Shown: in pieces, positions 1 through 12,758 of the stretch
How positions within the stretch are numbered: the stretch's first letter is position 1
Layout: each line of letters starts with the position of its first letter
Source of the DNA: Spizellomyces punctatus DAOM BR117
Taxonomy: Eukaryota
NCBI GenBank assembly: GCA_000182565.2
Contig: KQ257452.1
DNA length: 64,000 nt
Direction: 5' to 3' (one strand)
Position numbers and translations under genes: made by a program
The notes under the pieces: model-generated
Told to the model about the DNA's origin: nothing
What the model saw: the letters and a program-made list of their open reading frames with translations, nothing else
The model's database searches: none

Positions 1-1042
1 GCAAAGGATGAGATCTTTGGACAGGTACTTTGACAAGTCGTTTGAGACTGGCAAGTTTCTCTTAATGATTTATTCAATTGTCATTCCAGCCTGTAGTAGG
101 AAACTTTGATCACCGCATATTATTGGCCCCACCTGTTTCGCACCATGGTAGGTTGATAGCTTTTTCTAGTCGAAATTACCACCTGCGTAACCATGCTATT
201 CATCCAGTTGATTTTCAAACCATATCCGTGCCGGAGCTGCAAGACATAGTGATACCTTTTACTTGGAAAGTTCCTTTCACCGGTAAATGTCATCGAGCTT
301 GATAAATCACCGAGTCATTACTAATATCGGCTTTACAGGTCTCATCCATGGAATTGCTGGATGGTTTGACATTAATCTTGGTGGACTGATCTTGACAACT
401 GCACCACATGCGGAGCGAACACATTGGCAGCAGGTCCGGTTTCTTCTGAAAGGTAACCCACACTATGCTAGGGATGGCGAAACTGGACTGTACTGACCAC
501 ATATAATGTCCTATTCAGAACCTGTCGCTGTAAATGCATACCAAACCATAAAAGGTTGGATGCGACTAACGGTGAACACATCTAGATCATATGATGTTAT
601 TGCTGAGCTAGCATTGGGTGAAGATGCCCAGCTGTCCGATCCACGAACATCATCTGCCGAGAGAGTTGCAGACCTACGACTCACGCCAGCTGGGGCTGGA
701 GCGCGGCGAGGACAGTGGGCTTTGCACGAGCAGACATATATGTATGATCAAGGATTAGACTACTCCAAGGTATGTGTGCATGACGTTGAAGAGTTTGGAA
801 ATTTAATTCATTTTCTGTTATCTTTGCAGCCAGAGTTCTTGGCCATGTATTCACCAGAAAACGCGAGTACCGAAGCAGGAAACGTGCTAGGTTTGACTAC
901 AGACCCATTAAGCGGTCTGAATGCCGGTGGTGTAGCGACTCCTGGTCTTGGATGGGCAGATAGTGGACTAGAGAGCTTACTTGATCCAGCTATGGAAATC
1001 GAGACTGGAGAGGGGGCGGGGGCCGATATGGCTGATCTTTGA
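1..1042 (+). CDS. CARM1: Protein arginine methyltransferase CARM1/PRMT4-like, 3' part (5' end outside window), multi-exon
   Basis: Spliced exons give QPVVGNFDHRIL..., GLIHGIAGWFD...LTTAPHAERTHWQQVRFLL and SRSYDV, matching the PRMT beta-barrel and THW loop in CARM1-like form; GT-AG introns; stop at 1042. Confidence 0.8.
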
Positions 1043-1255
1043 GAATAGGGGAGGCTAGTCGAATGGCAAAGCGACTGAAGGGACTCGTGAAAGTGCGTGG
1101 TCGCATCGTATAAATAGGATCTCTGAGGATATTGACAAACTTGACACAAAGAACAGTGCATAATATTTACGTTTTTGACTATTAAGTTAAAGACCCCATC
1201 TACAGAATTACAGCTTTGGTTTATGATATACTACATTTAAACAGATACTGCTCGG

Positions 1256-2811
1256 TTACACTTGACGGCCAATGACTTCCACTTGAAAACCAATGTTTTG
1301 CAGTTTCTTGGTATCAAGGAACAAGCGTCCGTCGAAGATGAAGGCGGGTTTGTGCATGTTATTGTAAACTCTTTGGTAATCCAGAGTCTTGAACTCGTCC
1401 CATTCGGTCAGGACGACAATAGCATCTGCATTTTTAGCGGCTTCGTAGGGATCGTGGAAGATGGTCACGCTTTTCTTGTCTGAGGGGAAAAATACCACAG
1501 ATTGTAGTCAGCACTCTGGTATGCCTGATGCACGGAATACAAAAAGTATCATGTAACTTACATTGCTCGGGGGTAGCGATTCCCGGTTCGCACAGATCCA
1601 TCTCAATCTGCGCGTCCTCTACTTTCGGATCATAAATATGGATATTGGCCTTCTCCTGAATAAAATGCTTGACGAGAGTAATAGCAGCGGACTCCCGTGT
1701 ATCGCCGGTATTCTTTTTGAATGCAAAACCAAACACTGCCAAGTTTTTGTTTGTAAGGGTATTAAAGAGGCGCTTGACGATGCGTTCGAGGAAGCGAGAT
1801 TTCTGGTACTCATTCATGGTGACCACTTGCTTCCAATATTCGGCAACTTCAGGGAGGTGCAAGCTTTCACTGAGGTAGACAAGGTTAAGGATGTCTTTTT
1901 GGAAACAGCTTCCTCCGAAGCCTACAGAGGCTTTGAGGAATTTGGGGCCGATACGAGAATCGAGACCGCATGCGTAAGCAACCTCATCCACGTCTGCCCC
2001 TGTTGCTTCGCAAATGGCTGAAAGGGCATTGATGCTGGAGATGCGTTGAGCGAGGAGGGCGTTTGCCGCGAGCTTGGAGAGTTCCGAGGACCATAAGCCC
2101 ATTGTGATGATTTTCTCCTTGGGAACCCAGTTTGCGTAGACGTCTGCAAGAACATTTTGTGCTTTGATACCTTCTGGTGTTTGTAGCGATCCGATAAGGA
2201 CCCGATCTGGATACATCAAGTCCGGAATAGCTGTCCCCTCTGCCAGGAATTCTGGGTTTGACAGGATATCGAAGCGGATTCCGTCACGAGAATTTGCCTC
2301 GAGAATGGCCCGCATACTTTCAGCTGTGCGACAGGGAACAGTTGATTTTTCAATGACAATTTTGGAGCTGGTAGCTACTTGAGCGATGCGACGTGTAGCT
2401 GATTCGACATAAGCCAGGTCAGCGGCGAAACCAGCGCCGATGCCCGACTTTTTTGTCGGTGTGTTTACAGAGACAAAGATCAAATCCGCCTCTTGGATAG
2501 CCTGGTCAACCTCAGAGGAGAAGAATAGATTCCGTCCGCGGCAGGCGAATACTACATCATCCAGACCAGGCTCGTAGATAGGGAGGTTATCAGAGTTCCA
2601 AGCAGCAATACGGTCTTCGTTTAGGTCTACGATAGTGACTGTGACAGTGGGGCATTTGTATGCAATTACGGCGCAAGTTGGCCCGCCTATGTGAAAGAGT
2701 TTTAGACATTCATCAAGAGAAGCCGGACGGCTGTTGCCAGACACACATTGCCCAACACGTACCAACGTAACCCGCACCGATACAGCAGATCTTGAGGTTT
2801 TCCTTGGTCAT
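1256..2811 (-). CDS. UGDH: UDP-glucose 6-dehydrogenase (3 exons)
   Basis: [20 protein letters not shown] Rossmann start, [15 protein letters not shown], catalytic [29 protein letters not shown]. Confidence 0.97.
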
Positions 2812-3262
2812 TTTTCAAAATTCCAAACAAATGCAGGACAACAGGTCTCGTTTACAAAGCAGGGAAACTCGAGCCAGCGAGTCAAGCTGTACCAAAGACA
2901 ATAAGCAACGCTAAATAACGGAATGAACGCAAACGTACGTCAACACGTATCCGCAGCACCCGACAACTTACCAAATGTCGTAAACAACCGATAGTGCCCT
3001 ATCACTCGCAAACAAACCCGGCAAGTCCGTAGAAGGCTGAAAGGGAGGAGGATGGCAGTGGAAACCGGGAAAAGAAGGAAGGGAAGGAAGGGAAAAAGAA
3101 GATGCCTTCCATAGCCTCCTCCTTCCGTAATCCAAAAAACGTTCTTTTGACCGCTTAAAACAAACACGCGGCAGGCCGCTTGGCTCTCCGTTATCCAAAA
3201 AAGTCTTAATTTTTGTTTGCAGCGGGATTCGAACCCCTGAGTTTATTACATTATGCTAAGCG

Positions 3263-5481
3263 CTATCTACGACCTATCCAGCCCATGTATCTGAACAGGA
3301 CCACCATGACGGCTACCATGCTCGCCGTAATTATCCAGAATCTAACAAAAGAAATGGCCATAATTCAGTAAAGACAAACAATTAGAATGAACGGGAGCTC
3401 GCTTACCCGTAAACACCCAATCTCCAATGGAGTTCTACGGACATCCAATGATTTACTGATGGTCCATCAAGAGAATCACAAAGTTATAAAACATACCTGG
3501 AAAATAATCGAAGTTCATACCAAACACACCAGCCAAGAAGGATATGGGAAGGAACACCAACGAAACAACTGCAAGTGTTTTCATAGCCTAATGTCGCGTC
3601 ATTCAGCTTACGCTGATAGTACTGTGAAGGCAACGACGCCCTACCTCGTTTGTAGAGTGTGACACAATGTTGAAGATCAAGTCAATCAGGTGTCTTGCGT
3701 CCGATTCGTAACTCTCTAGGCCATCCACGACAGTATTTACATGGTCTTTAACGTCTCCCAAATAGGTTTTCGTTAGCTTGGAAATGAAGGGTTGGGGAGG
3801 GGGAGAGACGTCGACAGTTGGGGCAAAGTGCTTGCCGTTCTCACGGAGCGTAACAACAAGATTCTTGGTTGGCATTAGAGTGCGGCGGAGAACGCCCAGC
3901 TCCTTGGCTATGACGTGCAACTCTGAAAGATGGCGCATTGAGGACCGATCTTCTTTTGCAACACGGGCGCATATGTATTACCTTGTGTTGCTTCTGCCTT
4001 TGGATCTTTGAAAACAAGCGTTTCCATAAGGTCCAACAGATGCTTATATGCATTCAAGATTGGGAAAAAATGATCGGTAACCTAATTACAAGAGCTCAAC
4101 AAGTGAGCAAGTATGAACCTTGAAGTCTACATTTCACCTCTACATCCTCACCGTATCCATCAATGAAAAGAGCAAAAAGCTCGCATCCTCCGAGTCTCGC
4201 AAAACAGTTCCCACCTCTCCCAGACGGGTGTAAATTGGCGCCGTCACTTTCTGTCCTTCATGCTGAAAGATGGACAACACGATTCCTTCTCGCAGCAAAA
4301 AAAAGTTTGTTTGCTCGATGGTAATCTCGGGACGAGTTTGCATAGAGGGCCAGCTGTCCACTTTTGGTCGATTTGGGAAGAGGGGAGTCCGATAAATTGA
4401 CTGGGCGGGCCGTGACGAGCTACTCGTCTCGTTGTCTGATTCCATATCATTGTCCTCCAAGGTGGTAAGAATCATGCTCACGTAGATATGATTGTCGTAC
4501 CAGTCGGCTTTGATTCTGGTTGATATACGTCAATGAGATTAATCTGTGTTGAGTCACATCCATCACGACTCGAAACAAGTACGTACGCTTGCGGGAAATG
4601 GAATACATCCTCTACAGCCAATGGATGCAGCTCTAGTACAATGATACCTTAGCTTACGTGTCTCAGTACGTGAAGACAACTTCTTCAAACCGTACTATAT
4701 TTCTCGGCGACCTGCTTGATGACCGTATAGTTGACACCGCGTATGTCTATCCATCTTACTTTACTCCATGAAGGTCGCTGTACAGCCAAATCATAAATCG
4801 TGCGAAAGCAACTCGTCTGACTGGAAACAAGTCACACCTGGTTGCGTAAGAACTCTGCCAAGGAGGCCGGATCGAGATCGTGAATTTCCATTTTAATGGC
4901 AGAATAATCTACTACTCTGACAGTCACGTCTTCCTACATAATAGGTCCGTGTAGAACCTTGTAAGATCCGGCTGTCGTGACAAGCATCCTTGCCGTATTT
5001 CAGCCGTCCTCACCTTGAACAGAGCCTCCAATGTCGGATTAGGAACCTTGACATCAATACCAGGCGGGGCGCCCGGCACTCGCATATTTGCTGCTCTCGA
5101 CAATATTTTAGACTGCAGCACACGGGCAAGCCCATTTTTACGATACCCACCCTGCAAGTCCGATACCATGCTTCTAGCCGTTAAGAGAGACCGTATTTTT
5201 CGTTTTAGACGGCTTCTTCGCGAGCCTAGGTATAGGACATCGGACATGATGATGAGCTAGTAGATCGAGAGATATATTTCATATGGAGGAGTACAGCGTA
5301 TATTGCGATAAAGTCCTAGAGTGAATGCTATTTATAGAACTGGTTTTTGCTCACGTTTTTTCGGGCCCTCTTCCTCCGGGGTGATCTCCACCGCTACGGA
5401 ATCAGGAACTTCCTCTTCCTCATTCTCACGAGCACGGTCGAGCAGGGGTGCTGTTTCCGATGGACTTTGTCCTGGGTCCAT
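3263..5481 (-). CDS. CorA-family Mg2+/divalent cation transporter, multi-exon
   Basis: [37 protein letters not shown], then TM1 ending in FGMNFDYF (GMN motif, about 3505-3525) and TM2 ending [10 protein letters not shown]. Start MDPGQ is tentative. Confidence 0.88.
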
Positions 5482-6574
5482 TGTCTACAGATGGTTGACA
5501 AGCCCAAACTCGAGCTTGCATGATGTAAGTGCTCATTAAACCCAGTTTTGACATGATGCTAAGCCTCGCGATCTGAACTTTTGGTCGCCGATCGCCAGCG
5601 TTTGGTGCGCAGCAATTGCTCTCGCCGTAAGTTTTCCTTTCCAAAGACGGAAGTTTCATTGTAAATAAGGATGCAGAAATAGTCCAGTTAATCAAGATGC
5701 AGACATGCGACTCGACCGACCAGCGCTCGAAACCCGAAAATGCAAAATATTAGGAAAAGACCATGGACAAGCTGGAACGGGATGGAAGCGACCTGCAGGG
5801 ACCCACTGAAGCCTGCGGGTGGAGGTAGGGCAGAGGAACAGATTTAAGCACAAGTTATTCTTTTTGATATGGTCATAAACTACCTTCGATCATCCATTCC
5901 GTCATTTTCTAAAGGACATGCAGCTTTTGAAAGAGATGAACCCTGTAAGGATGTCGAAAAAAATGCATAACACTGCAAAAAATCATTCGTACTTTGAAAA
6001 ATAGAGTCCATTCCCTTCATGACAGAATTGGCAGATCAAATGTCCTAGCCGGCGCTAGCGGGTCCTGGACTTGCATCCCAAAAATCTCATGGTTGTTATG
6101 ATTTTTTGTAAAGAGGGCGCAAACTTGGGACTCGAGCCATGCAAAGGTTGGAGGGGAAAGGCAGTCAGAGACAAAAGGACATGTATTCCGGGATTGGCCG
6201 GATCTCCGTATCGTTCCATGGCCGGATGGTTGTCTTTCCTCCAGTTACAGATTTCTGTAATCATTTGCGCATGACCATTGTAAAAGATATTTCATAATCT
6301 CCCATGAGCGCGCCGACCGTAAGCAGATGATGAAGCTTCCCATAACGGCCAGCCCTGATCATGTCTCGACCACCCACAGTGGCAGCAGGTTTGAATCTCC
6401 AACCACTTTCCTCAAAATTGTATAGTAATTCCATGATGTCTTGATTTGTGAATCACAACATTTCCCAGTTAAGAAAAACGTTAAGATGGTATTCGTCCTT
6501 CCCAGCACCTCAACATAACCTTGGCGTCTATCTATCCGAATCCATTTGCACTGTACAATCCTCCCAATCCCGAC

Positions 6575-7002
6575 TCAAAGCTCGCTGGAGCTTGGCCGGG
6601 TCTCCGCTAGTTGTTTGATGCGGGCCTCAACTTCGCCTTCCGAGAGGTTCTCTAGAGTTACCTTACGTTCCTGTCCCAACGCTACATCGTATCATGGAGT
6701 TAAGGCCCAGCGGTTTAACCATCCTTGGTAGGGTAACAGTAAAACTCACCATAACGGCCAAATGCCCTCGCCTCAATTCCCGAAGCCTCCCGGATAAGGA
6801 TTGGCAAGGTAGGGTTTGCGTCTTTGATTGCAGAGTATTGTTTCAAGATGAAGTCCCTATAACCGATAATGAGCAAACTAGACTTTGAGGTGCGACCGCT
6901 AAGTACTGAGCGCTACCTTGTTCCCTTGCTTCCAGCTGACGTCTGGCAGAGGTGAATACGGAGCTCTTTGAGGTTCTTGGTAAGTGGTGTGCGCCAGGAC
7001 AT
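6575..7002 (-). CDS. NDUFA2: NADH:ubiquinone oxidoreductase subunit B8 (L51/S25/CI-B8 family), 3 exons; absent from the ORF track
   Basis: Manual splice gives MSWRTPLTKNLKELRIHLCQTSAGSKGTRDFILKQYSAIKDANPTLPILIREASGIEARAFGRYALGQERKVTLENLSEGEVEARIKQLAETRPSSSEL*. Confidence 0.93.
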
Positions 7003-7199
7003 TGTGGAAGGTCAATGGATTCGTTCCAATCCCAAAGCCCGTTGGTTGCTCTGAATTGGCAACGCGCGAGGTACTGCGCCATCAATGCTATGACAACAGA
7101 CTTCATTCAATTCACATTCCAACCGATTCGGTGATCGGCTCGCGTCAGCTTCTGAGACAGACCGCTCTATCGGCCTCTGTTTGCGTTCAACTCGCCAAG

Positions 7200-10127
7200 A
7201 TGATGTCGCCAGAGGCAGAGGCGTCCGCCCCGGACTGGCTAATACGGAGAGGATCCAGTGCACGTCCTGCTCTCAAGGAGAAAGTTGTTGCTATTTACGA
7301 GGCATTTCTAAAAGTATGGGTTGCCCAATCATAGTCTGGAGTTGACGCTGAAGGACACAGCTGACTGCATGGTCTTACGTTGATAACAAGGGAGACGACC
7401 CTAGCATTGGAAACCCAAACTTTTGGGACGAGTTTTTCTTGCTCAAAGTCAATGTTGATTACCTTACTGTCGCCTTATCGTCGCTGTCAGAAGCGCAGCT
7501 GTTGGCCATCAAGGCAAGTCAGTGGTTGCAAATGCCTATGAAATTATGGTAATGTTGATGCTCAGAATGTAGGATAGCATAAACAACATTTTTGTCCACG
7601 CCATTGACGCGATGCTGGACGAGTATCCAACCCGTCAGATACATGCGATGGAGGTAAGACGCGCCTGTGTATCTCCTACTGAGCAAAACAATATTTTCCA
7701 AACCCACATTGTCGGTTCGCTATCAGACTCTACACACTTTATTGCGGAACATTTTTGCGAAGAAGTTTCATAATTTCAGCTTTGACGTCATCAATGTGTT
7801 GACGGGCCTTGATCAGGCGGATGCAACCTTCAGAGTGTGTGATAAGTGTGTTCTGGATGCGATCCTCAGCCTTTGATTGACTGTACAACACTGCAGACGC
7901 TTGTGGCAGCCATTGATGATCGACTTCTGACCGGTGAATCAGGTATGGCGCATGAAGATGTTTCTCCTCGGCCAGGACGTAATCATGATGCTGCATTCAG
8001 CTCAGGTTCGCGGGGCGGCCTTGCAGCTCACAATAACAATCGTCACTGGATCCGATAATATCAGTCAAAATTCCGTGTTAAATGACTATTTTATGATCCA
8101 CGATGTTTTCGACAGTCTTACAAAGGTACGCTAGCAGACGGCTTTTGGAGGCATCTGTTTGCCAACTGATTCTTTCCTTTGCACATTCAAGAATAGATCA
8201 TGACGGACTTTACGACACATCAACTGGCCTTCGATGCAGCTGTCCTCCTCACCCTTTTATGCAATTACAACAAGTACGAGTCGAATAATCCGTATTTAAA
8301 TCGTCTGGCAAAGCTCGACGACCAAAACGTAATCACCAGCGCCGCGCATATAGTATCTCGCGCGAGTCAGGACTGTCGCAAGTAGGATTTCATCTAGTCA
8401 AGTCCAATTTAAATATCGACTTGACGATTCTCCTAGGATATATATGGAAACTAGACAGGATGCCGATACTACACCAGGCAGCATACGCGTTCTCTCATAC
8501 CTTACCGGAGCCGTCTGGGGCCAGACATCAAAGCCTCTTGACGAAGCAGGGTATGTTTTCAGCGGATTAAGTCGCTCTCGACTGCATACATGCATGAGCA
8601 CTCATCACTCGAACGGCCAGAAAGACTTCGTCGACAGGTGTTCCTTTTGCTACTCTACGAATTTGCATATGCCAACGAAAAGTTTGTTGATCATCTTGGG
8701 TCATCGCTTGCGAAAGCTGCCACGTCAGGGAATGGACCGAGCCGTCAAGGTCTCGTAACGTCGGCCACGAATCTGTATTCGGCTAGTACCATTCCTCCCG
8801 AATCACAACAAAGTGAAGGGGAGGAAAACAGTCTTACAGGTACCAGCCCCATGGTGCGTCAGTCTACCTTTACAATGAACTAACCTTTGACACCGTTTGT
8901 GGTCCCCAGCCTGTGCTCTCATAGATTTTGTTTCTTTCGCTTCGTATCTCTTCCAAAATAACCATGATACAAAGTCTGCCATATACAGCAAACTATCGTT
9001 GCTGATATTGACTTGCTTAACTGAGAATAGTGGACTCTGTGGGCAAATGTTGGATGATAATCTTGCGGTAAAGGTTAGGCTATGTCGCCAGGTATGTTAA
9101 GAGGATTTTGATTAAGACAGCTTTGGGCATCAGTCTGAACCGAAGCGAGCGTAGAAGCCACCATACCTACCCAATATAATGGACCAACCACGGCCACTAG
9201 CATGCGCCATTCTCGACGTTGTTGTAACATTCATGAGACACAACCTATCCAAAAAGCTGCAAGCAGATTCATATGCATACTCGCTCGGCATTGTCGAACG
9301 GATTATATGTCAGAGCCGCGGCTTGAAAGTTCGGCTTCCGTACCATTGGAACGAACTTTGGCTGGCCGTGATGACAGTGGTTCAGTTTGTGGCAAGGCAA
9401 GAAAGTACTCTTCAGAGTCACACGGGCATCGCTGGACTTATCTTGCAGATATTTGCAATGCTGAATCTCGCAATGTATGTTGCAAAGTGTTTCTGTGCCG
9501 CCTTGGTAGTTCTAACCCAACCCCGACCCTTGTTCTCATACCAGAACATATGGGGACACTTTCCTGCCTGATCCGGCAAGCTACGATAATCTCTACTATG
9601 AGGTGGTGCGAAATGCCGAATACCTGACGACGTTGAATCGCATCGGTAGGTACCCATGCTGTCCTCAGTCTATAAACCGCATCACGCATGATCTGATTCC
9701 TGAAATCGTAGCAACTCGTGAGCTGAACTCTGACACGCCACCACCATCACCATTTCGTAATCCTTCTCTGCGAAACATTACGCGAAGTCCCGCTGGCAGT
9801 CCCCGGAATAGCATGTCCTCGATCTTTGTATCAGCCTTGCAAGCGAAACAAGGCGTCCCAATGTCCGCGAGCGATTTTCGAAATATTGAAGCCATCATCA
9901 ATCATATGCTACCGAAGATTGAGCAGTATGGCGGAAAAGCAGCGAGTCTCACAAGTCAAGATATAGTGACTATCATCCGCGCGAACTATGATACACTGGA
10001 GCTCGTTAGTTTGGATGGAGTGGATTCTTATATGCGATACGATGGTGCGGGCGTGTATGTAGAGCAAGCGTTTTTTCGTGGATTAGTCAGGATCGTGGCT
10101 GCAGACTTTCGGGAGATGGGGCGATAG
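7200..10127 (+). CDS. ARMH3: Armadillo-like helical protein 3 (C10orf76/DUF1741 family), many exons
   Basis: LKEKVVAIYEAFLK/GDDP..NFWDEFFLLKVN, LLCNYNKYESNNPY, RLPYHWNELW, YDNLYYEVVR, IIRANYDTLEL. Confidence 0.88.
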
Positions 10128-10236
10128 TTGAGTTTTAGATATTTGTTTAATTATTGAAAAAATGCTGACTACCGATAGAACTAAAGACTGCAGTCTGGGC
10201 TCATCTATCAGATCAAAGTGCAGAATATAAGTTCCC

Positions 10237-10461
10237 TCAAATGTTGAAGCCTTGTGCCCGCATGCAATCCTGATGCGCTTTGATAAGGTCCCCACATTTC
10301 TCTTCTCCATGCTCAAAAACACACTCGTCTCGTGCTTTCCGTGTGTCTGGGCAAGCACAGCAAGGCTTGCACTTGGGTTTCCCCTCGGTCGACGTTGAGG
10401 TGGCCGAAGGAGTTGCGGGAACCGGGAAGCTTGTGACGGGTTTGGACTCAGAGGCACCCAT
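10237..10461 (-). CDS. COX17: Cytochrome c oxidase copper chaperone
   Basis: [20 protein letters not shown]...[19 protein letters not shown] copper site plus twin CX9C. Confidence 0.97.
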   Translation of the reverse strand: MGASESKPVTSFPVPATPSATSTSTEGKPKCKPCCACPDTRKARDECVFEHGEEKCGDLIKAHQDCMRAQGFNI

Positions 10462-10885
10462 GTTTGGAAAGCTATTATATTAAATTTATAAATATTGTCC
10501 TGATGCCGGTCGTAAAGCTTTCTACTCGACCCGAAGCATTCCTTTGTCTTTGGGATTGGGATCTAAACGATATTTGCAATTTGGGTGACAAATTCCGAAC
10601 TTTGATGATGACTCATCCAAGGAACCAGAAGATGCCGGTTCGAGCCTAGAAACTGGACAAGCGCGTGTCCGAACGTCGGTTTTCCCAGCAGGTACGTGTT
10701 GCTTTTGAAAACAAGATTGCCATCTGTCAACCACCCGGCGAGCGGTTTGGACTAGCCGCCCCATCCAGCGTATCAACGCACCAGTCTTCTTGCTGAATTC
10801 CCTTGCGTTATTACGGCAGTCAAGTGCTTGTGCTGCCTCTCCCACGTTCCCAATCAGTGATCTAGGCAGTTGGGAAACGCGAGCC

Positions 10886-12003
10886 ATGCCCCCGATCGAG
10901 CCCTCAACATGGGTGGTCTACGCTGTCAACTTTTCCATGGTGATTGCCTTGGTCCTTTTTGTGAGCGCACTGCGGGACATATTGGTCGTCTTGCGCGACT
11001 GGTGTGGCTTTGGCGATACTAAGACCTACGAAGAAGAGTATGAAGGAGATTCCGTGACTGTAAGTCAGGTATCCAGTCAAGACCCGTCGAAATGCATCCC
11101 ATGAGTCGATCTGATAGAATTCCGGTAGCAGGAAACAGCGGGTATCACTCAGACGGAGAACGCATTCAATATGGTATGCCGAATACCTCTAGGTTTGCCT
11201 TGTCGGGAGCTGTTTCTCACAGTTTCATTAGCATGCCAACAAAAGCCCCATCAGCCCGGAAGAGCGAATACCAATGCTGGAGAGACAAGTTGCGGAGCTG
11301 CAACGGAGATTATTCGAATTGGAACGCAACGCCAACATACCGGCTTGTGCTGCAGCAGGCACCGGTGTTGGCCCCGCCATGCCTGCTGGATTCGCACCTC
11401 CACCGCCACCACCCCCTCCTCCTATTGTGCAGAGTTCAAAGGATCCGGTCCCATTGAAGCAGTCTAATGGCAAACCGAAAGGTACTCATGAGGAAGCGGC
11501 CGCGGCGCCATCCATGCAGGATGTTCTGAGAGAACTATTCCAATCACAGCGCAAAGTGGTTCAGTTGGTCAGGTAAGGCGATACATTTCTTATGAATGCA
11601 TTAGTATGTCTTCTCATATTTCCATGCAGTAGCCCTCGCAAAAATTACCTACACAAGCGGCTGGGTGGCATGAAACCTGTCAACTCTCCTTTGCGAAAGA
11701 GTACGACTGCACAATGGTTGACGGAAAAACCTACCGGTCGCTTGGACGCTCCTTCCCAATCAAAGGCACTCCAGAGTTTGAAGGCCATTGCCTCTCAGGT
11801 CGCGACTGCATATGAAGTGAAGGATTCTGGTATCATCGCAGAGCGTGAGAACGCTGCAGTACACCTCGAAATGGACAGAGCAGGGTAGAGTAGCAATCCA
11901 TATTCTCTATTGCCGTTTCTGATATACTGACAGAGGAAGCTGTCTTAATGTAGTGTTACTACACCACCTCTGATTGCTAATTCGGCGGAGAGCCATTGCC
12001 TAG
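10886..12003 (+). CDS. Hypothetical protein: N-terminal TM helix, coiled coil, polyproline tract
   Basis: Hydrophobic N-terminus, LERQVAELQRRLFELE, PPPPPPPPP, PSMQDVLREL; GT-AG introns join the ORF pieces; 3' end approximate. Confidence 0.55.
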
Positions 12004-12758
12004 TCAATGACAGCTGCAATGTAGATGATCCTCTCGAGGGTTTTACTCAAGTGGACGATAACAGGTACTGTACGTTTAGGAGATCGCCATATCCAGTTTG
12101 CATGCTTACAAGCGACGATAGCAGCGACGATAGTCCACGACCCGACGGTGTATCGAGGCAGGGACTATCTGAACAAAAAATGGGAAGGTGTGCTGAAATT
12201 TAAATGTGGGCATATGTTTGACCTTGTCTCACGGTTGTCCTCTATCTAGTAATAAAGAAAATAGCCTTCCAAGCAAATTGGCTGCTCCCCAGAAGCATCC
12301 TTTGTGAGTACAGGAGGGAGCACGTTCTTAGAGGTTGTATTGACATGCTCGTCTTTCACTCAGCATGGAAGGCGATCTTGCCAAAGATATTGCGTTGGTT
12401 CGACTTCGAAAGACGAACATTCCTAGGTCACCTGGTGGAACGACGCTAATCCCTCAGCGTAGGACCCCACCACGGCCGATTACTAGTTCCACCGAACATG
12501 CATGTACGTGATGTTTTGGGCAGTTTAAGACCTTGATCTGGACTAAGTGGCGCGCATTGCAGTCATATCCTTGAAAGAAAAGTTCAACCAAGCTTACCCG
12601 CGCCGAGACGAGGATGAAGGTCGTACCGTGTCTCATGTCGATGATGGTCAGGTAGAGGATCCGTTTGCGTAACCAAGATGATTTGAGAAATCTTGAATAT
12701 CAAAAGAAAAGCGAAATGTGCTAAGGTCCACCGTCCCTTTCCGTCTTGACGAATTATA

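Noticed and set aside
3219-3240. tRNA T-arm/B-box-like GGGTTCGAATCCCGC on the minus strand
   Set aside because: No D-arm, anticodon arm or acceptor stem can be built, and it lies just past the CorA stop codon. At most an isolated B-box.
6055-6434. Two minus-strand frames that would join with a 1-nt frameshift
   Set aside because: No recognisable homology or splice support; could be chance.
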